Below, piece after piece: positions 18,876 to 29,163 of a DNA stretch of 64,000 nucleotides. Source of the stretch: Thermodesulfobacteriota bacterium (GTDB lineage: Bacteria; Desulfobacterota; Desulfarculia; JACQYL01); contig CAXXLZ010000002.1 in the NCBI GenBank assembly GCA_963675595.2, forward strand, positions 672,001-736,000. Direction: 5' to 3'. The first letter of the stretch is position 1. Each line of letters opens with the position of its first letter. Below the pieces are notes generated by a model that was not told where the DNA came from, ran no database searches, and saw only the letters and a list, made by a program, of their open reading frames with translations. The position numbers and the translations under genes are program-made.

Positions 18876-19505
18876 CTATCCCTCTTTGACCTCAATTCTT
18901 CTTCCCCCGCTCGGCGCCCCCTTCTTAGGCAGCTTCACCGTCAGAATCCTTTTCTTGAACGAAGCCTCCGCCTTTGCCGGTTCCACGTCCGCCGGCAGAG
19001 GAATCGAACGAAGAAAAGAACCGCTGAAGCACTCGACCCGCCGGTAGTTCTTTCCCTCTTCCTTCTCTTCCATTTTCTTTTCGCCCCGGATGGTCAGAAA
19101 ACCTTCATCAATGGTGAGCTGAACATCCTCCTTGTCCATCCCCGGCAGTTCCGCCTTCACCTGTACTTCCGACGCAGTTTCGCTCACGTCCACCAGGGGC
19201 CACTCCATTCCCCAATCTCCCATAGGAGAATCGCCTGCGAGGCCCCGCCTCTTGGACCACCGTCCCACGTCTTCAAGAAAGTCATCGAAAAGTCGGTTGG
19301 TCCGGCTCTGCAACTCCCGAAGAGGATTTTCCTCCTCCTCGCGGTGAAACGTGACCGGAAGGCGATCTCCGCTTTCCTTAGCTCGACCGGCTCCCGCCAC
19401 CCTTTCACGAAGTTCCTTCACCTCCCTTTTCAAGGCGTCCACACTGCCCTTGAGTTCTTCGAGGAGATGTTCGGCCTTTTCCTTGACTTTTTCCGTGAAC
19501 ACCAT
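18876..19505 (-). CDS. Hsp20/alpha-crystallin small heat shock protein
   Basis: PLVDVSET...AELPGMDKEDV...LTIRGEKK...GSFLRSIPLP...LTVKLPK; SD AAGGAGG 7 nt before ATG 19505. Confidence 0.93.
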   Translation of the reverse strand: MVFTEKVKEKAEHLLEELKGSVDALKREVKELRERVAGAGRAKESGDRLPVTFHREEEENPLRELQSRTNRLFDDFLEDVGRWSKRRGLAGDSPMGDWGMEWPLVDVSETASEVQVKAELPGMDKEDVQLTIDEGFLTIRGEKKMEEKEEGKNYRRVECFSGSFLRSIPLPADVEPAKAEASFKKRILTVKLPKKGAPSGGRRIEVKEG

Positions 19506-19672
19506 GATCATTCCTCCTTTTCGGTTGGAACAACCTACTGTTGATATGCAAACCTCTATTCACCCTAAAGCGCTTGTCAAGGCCCCTCTCTTTCCCCCGT
19601 CCGCTTTTCGCGCGATGTTGAAGAGAGCTCGGGCGTCAGGCCTTCCGAATTCAGGGTAAGACGGAGAACGAG

Positions 19673-20335
19673 ATGTATTTCAAAGCAGCCATTTTCGATC
19701 TGGACGGGACCCTACTGGACACGCTCCAGGATCTGACCGAGACCCTGAACGCGGTGTTGGATCGAGAAGGGTTTCCCCAACATGACGGCGAACGAGTCAA
19801 ACACTTCGTGGGAGAAGGAGTGGAAACCCTCATCTTGAGGGCCCTACCCGAAGAAAGAAGGGATGACGAAGCGCTGACGGCTCGATGTATCACCCAATGG
19901 CGGGAAGAATACGCCAAACGTTGGATCGAGCATACGCGCCCCTACGAAGGCATACCCGACCTTCTTCATGCGCTCCGTAATCGGGGATTGGCTCTCGGCG
20001 TGCTGTCCAACAAACCTCACAAGCCCACGGTGGAGATCATTTCCAGGTTGCTCCCGGGTCCGCATTTCGCGGAGGTTCGTGGAGCGATGCCCGATTTTCC
20101 GAAAAAGCCCGATCCTACGACCGCATCCGCCATGGCCGGACGTTTGGGCGTTTCCCCCGAACGAATTCTGTACCTCGGCGACACGGCCGTCGATATGAAG
20201 ACCGCAGTGGGCGCCGGCATGTATCCCGTCGGGGCTTTATGGGGATTTCGGGAAGCGAGGGAACTCATCGAAACCGGTGCCAGAAGCCTCTTTCCCCGCC
20301 CCGGCGACTTGTTGCCTTGGGTAACGGGCGCCTGA
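19673..20335 (+). CDS. HAD-family hydrolase (phosphoglycolate phosphatase-like)
   Basis: FDLDGTLLDT, VLSNK, KKPDP and LGDTAVD motifs. Confidence 0.92.
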   Translation: MYFKAAIFDLDGTLLDTLQDLTETLNAVLDREGFPQHDGERVKHFVGEGVETLILRALPEERRDDEALTARCITQWREEYAKRWIEHTRPYEGIPDLLHALRNRGLALGVLSNKPHKPTVEIISRLLPGPHFAEVRGAMPDFPKKPDPTTASAMAGRLGVSPERILYLGDTAVDMKTAVGAGMYPVGALWGFREARELIETGARSLFPRPGDLLPWVTGA

Positions 20336-20390
20336 TCCCCGTAAACCGGAGCTCTCCGCGAAGTCCGCTTACAGGCCTCGCATCGATGTT

Positions 20391-21350
20391 TCAGGCGGCT
20401 TCCTCATCGGGACGAGGAGACCTTGCCGTGCACCGATAGAGGAAAGGAACCCCCATGAGAGAGTCCACCCAATGTCTCAAGGAGCAAAGCAGCCCCACTC
20501 CGGCCAGGATGGAGGGCTCCGCATAGGAAGCGAACAGGATGAGGATGGCGGTGTCCCGTGTCCCCATGCCTCCGATGGTAAAGGGAAGCATCCCGGCAAG
20601 GATGGCCAGGGGGAGCAAGGCCATACTGGGTCCGATGGGCACGGGCTGATTCAACGCCGGGAAAAACAGATAGAACTGCAATAAATGCAAAATCCAAACG
20701 AGGATGGAGAGCCCGAGGATCAGCAGCAGGTCCTGGGGCTGCTTCCGGAGACTTTTCAGGAAGGAGTCCCAGGCGTGGAGCACTCCCGCGATCCGCTCCC
20801 ATCGGCCTCCCCTGCCCGATAAAAATTCGGCCGCCTTGTCGAGAGGCAGAAATAGGCCCACAATGGTGATTCCCAAAGCTCCCGCGCCGATGAGGGCTTC
20901 GATCCAAAGCGCCGAATCACGGGTCTTGAGAGAAAACACGCCCACCAGCAACACCACGCTCAACCCCGCGATGTTCAGGACTTTCTCGAGAATTACCGCG
21001 AGTACGGCCTGGGATGAATCCGCATTGTAATCCCTTCGAAGAAAGTAGGCTTTCCCCAGTTCTCCGAGCTTGGACGGAACCAGCACGTTCAAGGCCTTGC
21101 CCGCGAGAACCAGGCAGGCGGATTCTCCCAAAGAGGCTCGTCGGAATCCGCTGGTGAGCAACTGCCAGCGCCGGGCCGAAACCCAGATCTGGGGCAGGAA
21201 AAGAAGAAGAGCCAGAAGCAGGTAGGAAAATCTGGCGTCTGCAAGGCGTTCCAGTACCAGCGTCAAATCCACCTTGGAATAAACGGCGAACAAGATTCCA
21301 AAAGTCACCAGAAACGCGAGAACCTTGGCTCCCGTGCCGTTCCATTTCAT
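20391..21350 (-). CDS. Lysylphosphatidylglycerol synthase TM-region / flippase-like membrane protein
   Basis: Multi-TM protein; ARRWQLL, NVLVPSKLGEL and LPFTIGGMGTRD motifs. Confidence 0.85.
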   Translation of the reverse strand: MKWNGTGAKVLAFLVTFGILFAVYSKVDLTLVLERLADARFSYLLLALLLFLPQIWVSARRWQLLTSGFRRASLGESACLVLAGKALNVLVPSKLGELGKAYFLRRDYNADSSQAVLAVILEKVLNIAGLSVVLLVGVFSLKTRDSALWIEALIGAGALGITIVGLFLPLDKAAEFLSGRGGRWERIAGVLHAWDSFLKSLRKQPQDLLLILGLSILVWILHLLQFYLFFPALNQPVPIGPSMALLPLAILAGMLPFTIGGMGTRDTAILILFASYAEPSILAGVGLLCSLRHWVDSLMGVPFLYRCTARSPRPDEEAA

Positions 21351-21643
21351 ACTTCGTTACCCTCTTCAAAAACGTCGCGGGAGAGAACTCCCGAAAAGCT
21401 TGAACGCAGGCAACAAGCTGCGTCCGAGCGTTATTCTGCGGAACCTTCGAGGAGCTTGACGACGGATTCGCAGTCCATCCGGGGCAATGGCGGTGACCGC
21501 TCCCTCCCCTTCAATAAAGAAGCATCAGACTACCGGTTCCGTCGAATCCGGTCAATTCATTCCCCAAACCGGACACCCATCGGGTACGCCCTCTTCTCAC
21601 TCACCCGCCTCGGGCTGAGCGCCCACCCTACGGAAACACATTA

Positions 21644-21659
21644 GCGTAATTCATTACGC
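21644..21659. promoter_or_regulatory. Perfect palindrome, possible operator in the divergent region upstream of the MCP
   Basis: GCGTAAT-TC-ATTACGC next to an AT-rich promoter-like stretch. Confidence 0.3.
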
Positions 21660-22005
21660 ACTTGTGAAAACACGTGGACTTGCCGTGACGGTTTCTTTAT
21701 AAATAATAACAGGCCCCGAGGTTGTTTCGGGATCCGCACAATTCGCGAACCTCTTTTTCGGCTGGGAAGAAGATTCGATGTCGTGATTTGTCGAAACCGG
21801 CGGGAACGGCACATTCCCGAAGCTCCGAGGCCTTACCCTTTATCCAACTCAAAACAAGATAAGCTCTTGGCGCCCATGCGTGGATGGGCGACGATCTCAG
21901 CAACCCGGGACGAAGATTTTTTCGAGTCCCGCGGCGAGCTGCGTACCGACCTAAGTTTGAGGCCGGAGGGCTGAATCAACGGACATATTTACAGGAGGGA
22001 GATGC

Positions 22006-23883
22006 ATGGCAAACATGGGTTTCAGGAAGAAACTGTTGCTCACCATTCTTCCTTTGGTGGCGATCACGGTGGGCGTGCTTGCCTTCGTATCCTATCGGAT
22101 TGCATCGAATGTCGTCTTGGAGCAACAAATGGTCACACTTACCCAGGTGGTCGACAAGTCGGCGATCGAGCTGGACGAGTGGCTGAACTACCGGGAAGAA
22201 GAAGTTGCGATTCTGAGTGAAACCGGGGTATTTCAAGCCGCCTGTGTGGGGAAACGGCTGGAGGAGGCGGAGAAACGCCTCCAGAAATATCACGCGATTG
22301 CTCCCGTCCACGAAAATATCTTCCTTGCGGACACGGCGGGGAAGATATTTATGGATTCCATCGGCGGGAAATCCGTGGGTATCGAAGTGGCCAAGATTCC
22401 GGGTTTCAAGATCAATGTCGACAAAGCGCAACTCGGAGAAATCTGGATCGGCACCGTCCTGAAATCCCCGGCCACCGGCCGACCCGTCTGTCTCATCACC
22501 GCCCCCGTGAAATTCGAGGGACGTTTCGTGGGCATTATCGGCACCCCGCTGGATTTGCTGACCTTCTCAAAGGATTTTCTGGAAAAGACTTCTCTGGGGG
22601 CGAGCGGATACTTGTTCATGGTGGATTCCACGGGTCTGGTCGCGGCCCATCCCAACAAAGACCTGATTCTGAAAACCAACATCCTGTCCTTTGATTTCGG
22701 TAAACCGATCATGGAACGCAAGAACGGAGCAATCGACTACCTCTGGAACGGAGAGGAAAAGACCGCCGTTTTCCGCACTTCGGACAAGACCGGCTGGATC
22801 ATTACCGGAACCGTCACCACGTCCGAGCTGCTGGCCCCCATCAGGAAGATCGGCTACATATCCGGCGTCCTGGGGCTGGGCGCCGTCATTCTCATCTCAC
22901 TGGTCACTTGGTGGATCACCGGAACTCTCTTCAAGATCGTCAACCGTGCGGTGGTAAAGCTGGACACCACCAGTGAGGAAGTGAAGCAGGCCGCAGAGCA
23001 AGTTTCCAGCTCCGGCCACTCTTTGGCCGAAGGGGCCTCGGAGCAGGCCGCCTCCGTTGAGGAAACCTCCGCCTCCATCGAAGAATTGACCTCCATGACC
23101 CGGAGGAACGCGGAAAACGCGGCCCAGGCCGGCGCCCTTTCCGGGGAAACCCTCAAGACCACGGTGAATTGCTCCGACTTGATGCAGGAAATGGCGGCAT
23201 CCATAGGGCAAGTCAACGAAGCCAGCGAAGAAACCCGCAAGATCGTCAAGACCATCGATGAAATCGCCTTTCAGACGAATCTACTGGCACTGAACGCGGC
23301 GGTGGAGGCCGCGAGGGCCGGTGAAGCGGGCGCCGGCTTCGCGGTGGTGGCCGGTGAGGTCCGCAATCTGGCCATGCGCGCGGCGGATGCCGCGAGAGAC
23401 ACCACGGACCAGATCGGTGATATTTCCGACAAAATCAACGAAGCCATGGGCAAGGTTTTCGGCGCCATAGACGAGTTCGGTAAAGTCTCGGAAAACACGG
23501 AAAAGGTAGACGGGTTGGTTAAGGAAATCGCCGCCGCTTCCGCTGAACAGGCCCAGGGGATCGACCAGATCGGTCGCGCCGTGACCGAATTGGACAAGAT
23601 CACCCAGCAAAACGCCTCCAACGCGGAGGAGTCCGCTGCTGCGGGTGAGGAGCTTAATGCACAAGCCGTCCAGATTCGGCAATTCGTCGAAACATTGAAC
23701 CGGGCGGTGACCGGCACCTCTCGCGGCGCAGACGCATCCACCCATATGGAATCGACAGGCGCGTCTTTCCACAAATACAAAGGAACCGTCGCGCCCAAGG
23801 TTCGATCCGCAAAGTCTAAGCCTTCCGAGGTGCCTCCGGAGAAGCTCATTCCTTTGGATGACGAAGACTTGCAGGACTTTTGA
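22006..23883 (+). CDS. Methyl-accepting chemotaxis protein with dCache sensor
   Basis: Two TM helices around a Cache domain (SPATGRPV, GYLFMVD, AAHP); signalling tip IAFQTNLLALNAAVEAARAGEAGAGFAVVA; C-terminal pentapeptide-like DLQDF; SD AGGAGG. Confidence 0.96.
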   Translation: MANMGFRKKLLLTILPLVAITVGVLAFVSYRIASNVVLEQQMVTLTQVVDKSAIELDEWLNYREEEVAILSETGVFQAACVGKRLEEAEKRLQKYHAIAPVHENIFLADTAGKIFMDSIGGKSVGIEVAKIPGFKINVDKAQLGEIWIGTVLKSPATGRPVCLITAPVKFEGRFVGIIGTPLDLLTFSKDFLEKTSLGASGYLFMVDSTGLVAAHPNKDLILKTNILSFDFGKPIMERKNGAIDYLWNGEEKTAVFRTSDKTGWIITGTVTTSELLAPIRKIGYISGVLGLGAVILISLVTWWITGTLFKIVNRAVVKLDTTSEEVKQAAEQVSSSGHSLAEGASEQAASVEETSASIEELTSMTRRNAENAAQAGALSGETLKTTVNCSDLMQEMAASIGQVNEASEETRKIVKTIDEIAFQTNLLALNAAVEAARAGEAGAGFAVVAGEVRNLAMRAADAARDTTDQIGDISDKINEAMGKVFGAIDEFGKVSENTEKVDGLVKEIAAASAEQAQGIDQIGRAVTELDKITQQNASNAEESAAAGEELNAQAVQIRQFVETLNRAVTGTSRGADASTHMESTGASFHKYKGTVAPKVRSAKSKPSEVPPEKLIPLDDEDLQDF

Positions 23884-24108
23884 ACATGGAGTTCAGGTCG
23901 GCCTCAAGCACGGCCGCCGAATGAAATGGCGGCAAGGAAGAACTCCGGGGGGCATGGGGTGCCCGGTTCGCCCTTTCCGCGAACCTTCATAGCCTTGACC
24001 GGTATTTCCAATAGGATGCACGACAACAATATGACTCTGTTGGGATAAATCGTTCGGAGGCAACGGAAGAATCCAACCATGAAGCCAACGAGAAAGGAGT
24101 CGGAAGGC

Positions 24109-24297
24109 ATGGGTGCACGATTGCTAAAGGCTTTCGAAGCGGCCAAAAAAGAGGGAGGATCACAGCTTGAGATGCGCTTGGCGATGAAATCGGCCATGAG
24201 CAGCAAGAAAGCTGCGGCGGAACCCGACAGTCCCGAAAATATCAGCAAGATGGAGACGGCCTTCAAAGAGGTCGCGGGCAAGGACATCAAGCTTTAG
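24109..24297 (+). CDS. Small (62 aa) helical hypothetical protein
   Basis: SD AAGGAG upstream; MGARLL...MRLAMKS...EPDSPENI; ends 13 bp before the next gene. Confidence 0.7.
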   Translation: MGARLLKAFEAAKKEGGSQLEMRLAMKSAMSSKKAAAEPDSPENISKMETAFKEVAGKDIKL

Positions 24298-24310
24298 GGA
24301 GGGAGAACCC

Positions 24311-24847
24311 ATGGCCATTGAAAAGCGACTGGAGTTTGAAATCGAGCACAAGTTCGATGCCAAGAACTCCCGCCATTTCCTCAACGGATTTTGCACGGTG
24401 CTTCATTGCCACCATTTTGCCACTTTGTACACCCAACTGGCCGATGACGCCAAGGATTTCCACGGTGAACGGCTGCTCAAGGAAGCTTCGGAAGACACTT
24501 TTTTTCACGTGCTCAGCGAGTACTTCTGCGCCAATAACATCACCGCCGTGGACGACATCGTATCCATTTCGGAGCAATACTGGAAAGCCGTAGGCATGGG
24601 CCTGATACGATTCACCGCGGTGGGCCCTTTTGCGGCGGCCGCCGAAATGGAATATTCACACGTGGACGAAGGATGGTTGAAGAAGTGGGGGAGCCGTGAG
24701 GAACCCGTGAATTTCATCACGTCGGGTTTCGTGGCCGCGGTGGCTTCACTGTGCAACGGAAAGCCCCCACGTGCCTACCAAGTGAGGGAGATTCAGAGCC
24801 TGGTTCGCGGGGACGCGGTATCCGCATTCAAAGCGGTGCTCCGCTGA
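24311..24847 (+). CDS. V4R/H-NOX-like fold protein with HCHH motif
   Basis: SD GGAGGGAG; VLHCHHF, W..VGMGLI, HVDEGW..KWG, PVNFITSGFVAA, and a V4R-like C-terminus VREIQSLVRGDAVSAF. Confidence 0.75.
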   Translation: MAIEKRLEFEIEHKFDAKNSRHFLNGFCTVLHCHHFATLYTQLADDAKDFHGERLLKEASEDTFFHVLSEYFCANNITAVDDIVSISEQYWKAVGMGLIRFTAVGPFAAAAEMEYSHVDEGWLKKWGSREEPVNFITSGFVAAVASLCNGKPPRAYQVREIQSLVRGDAVSAFKAVLR

Positions 24848-24909
24848 CCGACGAAAACCGAAGGACATCGGTCTGTTTCTATTTCCCTCAACAAGAAGGA
24901 GCGTATTCC

Positions 24910-25506
24910 ATGGCGATCGATCGCAAGAAAGTCATAGAGGCAATGTCCAAAGTCTCGGTCATCGGAGACGAGGAAGGCATGATTCGGGCGTTTGGCGTCT
25001 ATGTGCAGCAACTGCCGGCGGAATTCTGGAACTCTTTTGCTCGCCGGATCGTCAATTCGGTGCCGGAAGATTTGGTGGATGTGGCCGAGCAACTCCTGGT
25101 GAACGCCGGACATGAATGCGGATACCACACGGGTTACGGCATCATCACTTCGGAGGAATGGAAAAGTGTCGTCGGCCCCATGATTGAGAAGGAGCCGGAG
25201 GACATCCTCCATGGAGCCTTCGCGGTTTTCACCGCCTGGGGATGGGCGAAGTCGGAAATCGTCGAATTGGTGCCCAAAGAGAAGATGGTGGTCAGAGCCT
25301 ACAACTACTACGAAAGCGACATCGTCACCTACGGTAGAGCGTTGCGTCCCTGCGCCTACATGATCCGCGGCGTATCCGCGGCATTCATGGACCTTGCCTA
25401 CGGCGACAAGCCCTATCCCGACGGACTGAAAACCTTTGAATGTGTCCAAACCAAAGGGATCGAGGTCGGGGACGATTATGGTGAATTTGTCGTGACCCGA
25501 GCCTGA
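24910..25506 (+). CDS. V4R-like domain protein
   Basis: SD GAAGGAG before ATG 24910; AWGWAKSEIVEL, PCAYMIRGVSAAF and ECVQTKGIEVGDDYGEFVV match V4R topology. Confidence 0.78.
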   Translation: MAIDRKKVIEAMSKVSVIGDEEGMIRAFGVYVQQLPAEFWNSFARRIVNSVPEDLVDVAEQLLVNAGHECGYHTGYGIITSEEWKSVVGPMIEKEPEDILHGAFAVFTAWGWAKSEIVELVPKEKMVVRAYNYYESDIVTYGRALRPCAYMIRGVSAAFMDLAYGDKPYPDGLKTFECVQTKGIEVGDDYGEFVVTRA

Positions 25507-25543
25507 AGTCTTCAACGGCCGCAGCCGCGATAGGCATTAGGAC

Positions 25544-25569
25544 CCGGGCGCCCGACCGTCGGCGCCCGG
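25544..25569 (+). terminator. Hairpin after the V4R operon
   Basis: CCGGGCGCC-N8-GGCGCCCGG. Confidence 0.45.
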
Positions 25570-25769
25570 AAGTCCTCCATCCTCGTTCTCAGGGCCGCCC
25601 CGGCTCTTCTTCGCAAACAGACATAGACACAAACTGATCTCCCCTCCAAATGCTCCTTCGCTTCCTTGCCGACAAAAGTCCGGCGTGATATTCTACTTAG
25701 TATAATATCGAGTCCCGCAAGAATCCGACAACAACCATTTCGCAGCCCACACTCGAAGAAGGACTTGAG

Positions 25770-26246
25770 ATGAGAAACCGAAGCATTGTTCTCTTGGCGG
25801 TGGCGGCCACTTGGTTGATTTGCGGCGTCGCTCGGGCCGGAGAAGAAACCATTCAGGTCACAGCCGGGAAAAACCTCCAACCCGTGGCCGTGGAGAACGG
25901 AACCTTCATCCAAGAAGTCTATACCGGGACGGCCCCCTCCGGAGAAGATTTTCTCAACTACGAGGCAAAAAACTATTTCAGCGCGGGTGAACAAGTTCCC
26001 ATTTACGCCCGCTACCGCTTGGAGGGAGACGGGGGCGACTGCACGCCATACCTGCGCGTATCCAACGGCGTCGGCACGGTGGTGGATTTCATCCCCATCA
26101 GCGGGACCCGTTCGGGGTTTCTCACTGCCCCATCCACTCACCGGAATTATGCACCGGGCGCCTACATCATCAACGCGGTGGTTTTGGGACCGGTAAGTAA
26201 CGGCATGTCCGCCCCTCCTTTCGTGTTCACAGTGGATTTGGAATAA
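25770..26246 (+). CDS. Secreted hypothetical beta-rich protein
   Basis: SD GAAGGA; signal peptide ending VARA; alternating beta-strand pattern. Confidence 0.7.
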   Translation: MRNRSIVLLAVAATWLICGVARAGEETIQVTAGKNLQPVAVENGTFIQEVYTGTAPSGEDFLNYEAKNYFSAGEQVPIYARYRLEGDGGDCTPYLRVSNGVGTVVDFIPISGTRSGFLTAPSTHRNYAPGAYIINAVVLGPVSNGMSAPPFVFTVDLE

Positions 26247-26481
26247 GATTTCTTTTCAGGGTTCCCCAAGAGCCGTCATCAACGAGAACTTTCGAGAGGC
26301 GATCCACGATTCGACCGCCCTTCACGCTCTCCCATGCGTGGATGTCGATTATCACCTCGGTGGAGAACGGATCGCCCCATATGCTTGGGCCATGGCGTCC
26401 GAAATCAAGTCGGTCTTGACAAAACTCAACTAATGAAGCCACTAGATTGGTTGCAAAATGGATGTTGAACGGGGGCACGAA

Positions 26482-28974
26482 ATGGCTTCAAGTCCGGCCG
26501 AACCCGGGGATGCTTCTTCGACCTCCCTGGGAAAAGCGCGAGAACGGATACAAGAGCTTGAGACTCTCCTGGAAGAACGGGAAAGGACCGTCCAGGAGTA
26601 CGCTCTGACGCGCTCACTCCTGGACTCTTTCCCTCAAGGCGTCGGATACAAGGATCGGGACGGAGTTTTCAGGCTGGTAAACAAGGCCTTTTGCGATTTC
26701 ATGGGGAAAACACAGGAAGAGATCCTGGGAAAGACCGATCGCGACCTGTTTCCCCAGTCCGAAGCGGATTTCTACCGTCGCCAAGACCTGGATATCATGC
26801 AATCGCGGACGCCCATCGTCCAAAACCAGAAAATCACGGGCAAAGGTGGGCCGGCGTGGAGGCGGGTAATGAAATCGCCCTTGCTCTTCGGCGGGAAAAT
26901 TCAGGGAATTCGATTTCTCCTGAATGATATCTCCCAAGAGACACGCATGGACAGCGTCCTCCTCAAACTGGCCGAGGGGGTTTCCGCGGCCACCGGCAAG
27001 GATTACTTGGCGGCGCTCGTGAAAAGCATGGGAGAAATCCTGGAGGCGGATTTCGCCTTTGTGGGCGAGTTATTGTACCAAACCACCAGAAGGATCCGGA
27101 CGGTTGCTCTGTACGCCGACGGCTCCATCGTCGACAATTTCGAATACGACCTGGAGGACACGCCCTGCGAAAACGTAGTCCGCGGGGAAAGCTGCGTTTA
27201 TGAAAAAGACGTACAGACGCTTTTCCCCAAAGACCGCCTTTTGGTTGAAATGGGAGTCGAATCCTACGCCGGTATTCCGCTGTTCAGTTCTTCCGGAGAT
27301 TTCCTGGGCATCCTGGTGGTGCTGTACCGACATCCCACTGCGGATTCGCCCCTCATCGAGTCTCTCTTGCAGATTTTCGCAGGTAGAGCCGCCTCCGAAC
27401 TGGAACGCGAAACATCCCAAGAACGACTGCGCAACTCCGAACAGGAAAAAACCGCCATTCTCGAGAGTTTCCGCGATGTGATCGTGGAGTATCTCGACAA
27501 GGATATGAACATCATATGGACCAATAACCTGGATACCAAGACCAGCCTCGCCAAGGTGACCGGCCGGCGTTGCTACGAGGTTCGACACGCTCTCCGCCAA
27601 CCCTGTTCGGGCTGCCGGGTTCCCCTGGCCCTTAAAACCGGGCTGCCCACGGAAGGGGAAATGATCTCCCCACAGGGGGCCGTGCTGCTCACCCGGAGCA
27701 ATCCGATCCTCAATGCCCAAGGAGAAGTGACCGGTGTGGTGCACGTGGCCCTGGACATCACCGCCCGAAAGATGATGGAGCAGGAACTCCTGGCGGCGAA
27801 AGAGGCCGCGGAAGAAGCCAACCACGCAAAAAGCCGGTTCCTGGCCACCATGAGCCATGAGATTCGAACCCCGATGAACGCCATTTTGGGTTTCACGGGC
27901 CTGTGTCTCGAAATGGAACTCGCTCCCCTTCAGAAAGAGTATCTGGAACTCGTCAACTCTTCCGCCAAGGACCTCCTCGCCCTCCTCAACGATATCCTGG
28001 ACCTTTCCAGAATCGAAGCGGGCAAGCTCAGGATCGAGAAGCAGGAATTCAGTCTCCTACAGACCTTATCCGAGGTGGTGGACCTCTTCGCCTTGAAAGC
28101 GAAACTAAAAGGCCTTGACTTCCAATTCACCGTGGATCCGGCCACGCCCGAAATCGTTATCGGAGACGAAAGTCGGGTTCGGCAGGTGCTCGCCAACCTC
28201 ATAAGCAACGCGGTTAAATTTACTGAATCGGGGAATGTCCGGGTTTATGCCGCCGATTGCCGTCAGGGACCCGGGAAAGCCATCCTGCATTTCGTGGTGT
28301 CGGATACGGGATGCGGCATTCCGGAAGACAAACAATCGGAAATTTTCGATCCGTTCACCCAGGTAGATGGGGACAAGACCAGGAAACACGGCGGCGCAGG
28401 TTTGGGCCTGGCCATCTGCAAACAACTCGTTCGGTTGATGGACGGGGAAATCTGGGTCACCAGCAAACCCGGGTTGGGTAGCACTTTCGATTTCACCCTT
28501 CCCTTCGAACTTCCCGGCCCGGAGTTCCTCGCCATGGGAGAACCCGCATCGCCCCCTCTGTTCTCAAACGGCACCATGGATGAACCTTGTCGGCACTTGA
28601 AGATACTCTTGGTGGAAGACGACGAGCGGAATTTGATCCTCGCGCAACGGCTACTGGAGCGCGGGTGCCACTCGGTGACCACTGTCCGCAACGGTAGGGA
28701 GGCGGCGGACGTCGCATCCGACGGCCTTTTCGATCTCATCCTCATGGACCTGGAAATGCCCGAAATGGACGGCTTCGAGGCCGCCGAACGCATCAGGAAG
28801 GCGGAAAAAGGCTCATCGCGCCATGTTCCCATCATCGCCATGACCGCCCACGCCATGAAAGGCTACCGGGAACGGTGTCTGGAGGCGGGTATGGACGACT
28901 ATATCACCAAGCCCGTGGACCCATCGGAACTCAACCGTGTCATCCAACGGGCTTTATGCGTGCCCGGCCCTTAA
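26482..28974 (+). CDS. Cytoplasmic PAS-GAF-PAS hybrid histidine kinase
   Basis: FLATMSHEIRTPMN, NLISNAVKFT, DTGCGI, GAGLGL, receiver DLILMDLEMP. Start 26482 or 26458. Confidence 0.95.
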   Translation: MASSPAEPGDASSTSLGKARERIQELETLLEERERTVQEYALTRSLLDSFPQGVGYKDRDGVFRLVNKAFCDFMGKTQEEILGKTDRDLFPQSEADFYRRQDLDIMQSRTPIVQNQKITGKGGPAWRRVMKSPLLFGGKIQGIRFLLNDISQETRMDSVLLKLAEGVSAATGKDYLAALVKSMGEILEADFAFVGELLYQTTRRIRTVALYADGSIVDNFEYDLEDTPCENVVRGESCVYEKDVQTLFPKDRLLVEMGVESYAGIPLFSSSGDFLGILVVLYRHPTADSPLIESLLQIFAGRAASELERETSQERLRNSEQEKTAILESFRDVIVEYLDKDMNIIWTNNLDTKTSLAKVTGRRCYEVRHALRQPCSGCRVPLALKTGLPTEGEMISPQGAVLLTRSNPILNAQGEVTGVVHVALDITARKMMEQELLAAKEAAEEANHAKSRFLATMSHEIRTPMNAILGFTGLCLEMELAPLQKEYLELVNSSAKDLLALLNDILDLSRIEAGKLRIEKQEFSLLQTLSEVVDLFALKAKLKGLDFQFTVDPATPEIVIGDESRVRQVLANLISNAVKFTESGNVRVYAADCRQGPGKAILHFVVSDTGCGIPEDKQSEIFDPFTQVDGDKTRKHGGAGLGLAICKQLVRLMDGEIWVTSKPGLGSTFDFTLPFELPGPEFLAMGEPASPPLFSNGTMDEPCRHLKILLVEDDERNLILAQRLLERGCHSVTTVRNGREAADVASDGLFDLILMDLEMPEMDGFEAAERIRKAEKGSSRHVPIIAMTAHAMKGYRERCLEAGMDDYITKPVDPSELNRVIQRALCVPGP

Positions 28975-29163
28975 GCCGGGCCCGATGCAACGAGGGTCCG
29001 TACATTCGAACTCGGAGAGGAGCGCTTCGGTTCGGATACGCCTTAACCTGAGCCCGGTGCGAAGCCGCCCCTAAAGCGAAGGTGCGGCAAAGCTCCCGAA
29101 ATCCCGCGCCGGGAAAGGGCGGGTGGTCCGCCCGCAACCTTCCCCTCTGAATGAAACCCCGCC

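Noticed and set aside
21720-22005. Riboswitch or sigma28/sigma54 promoter upstream of the MCP
   Set aside because: No candidate met consensus sequence and spacing.
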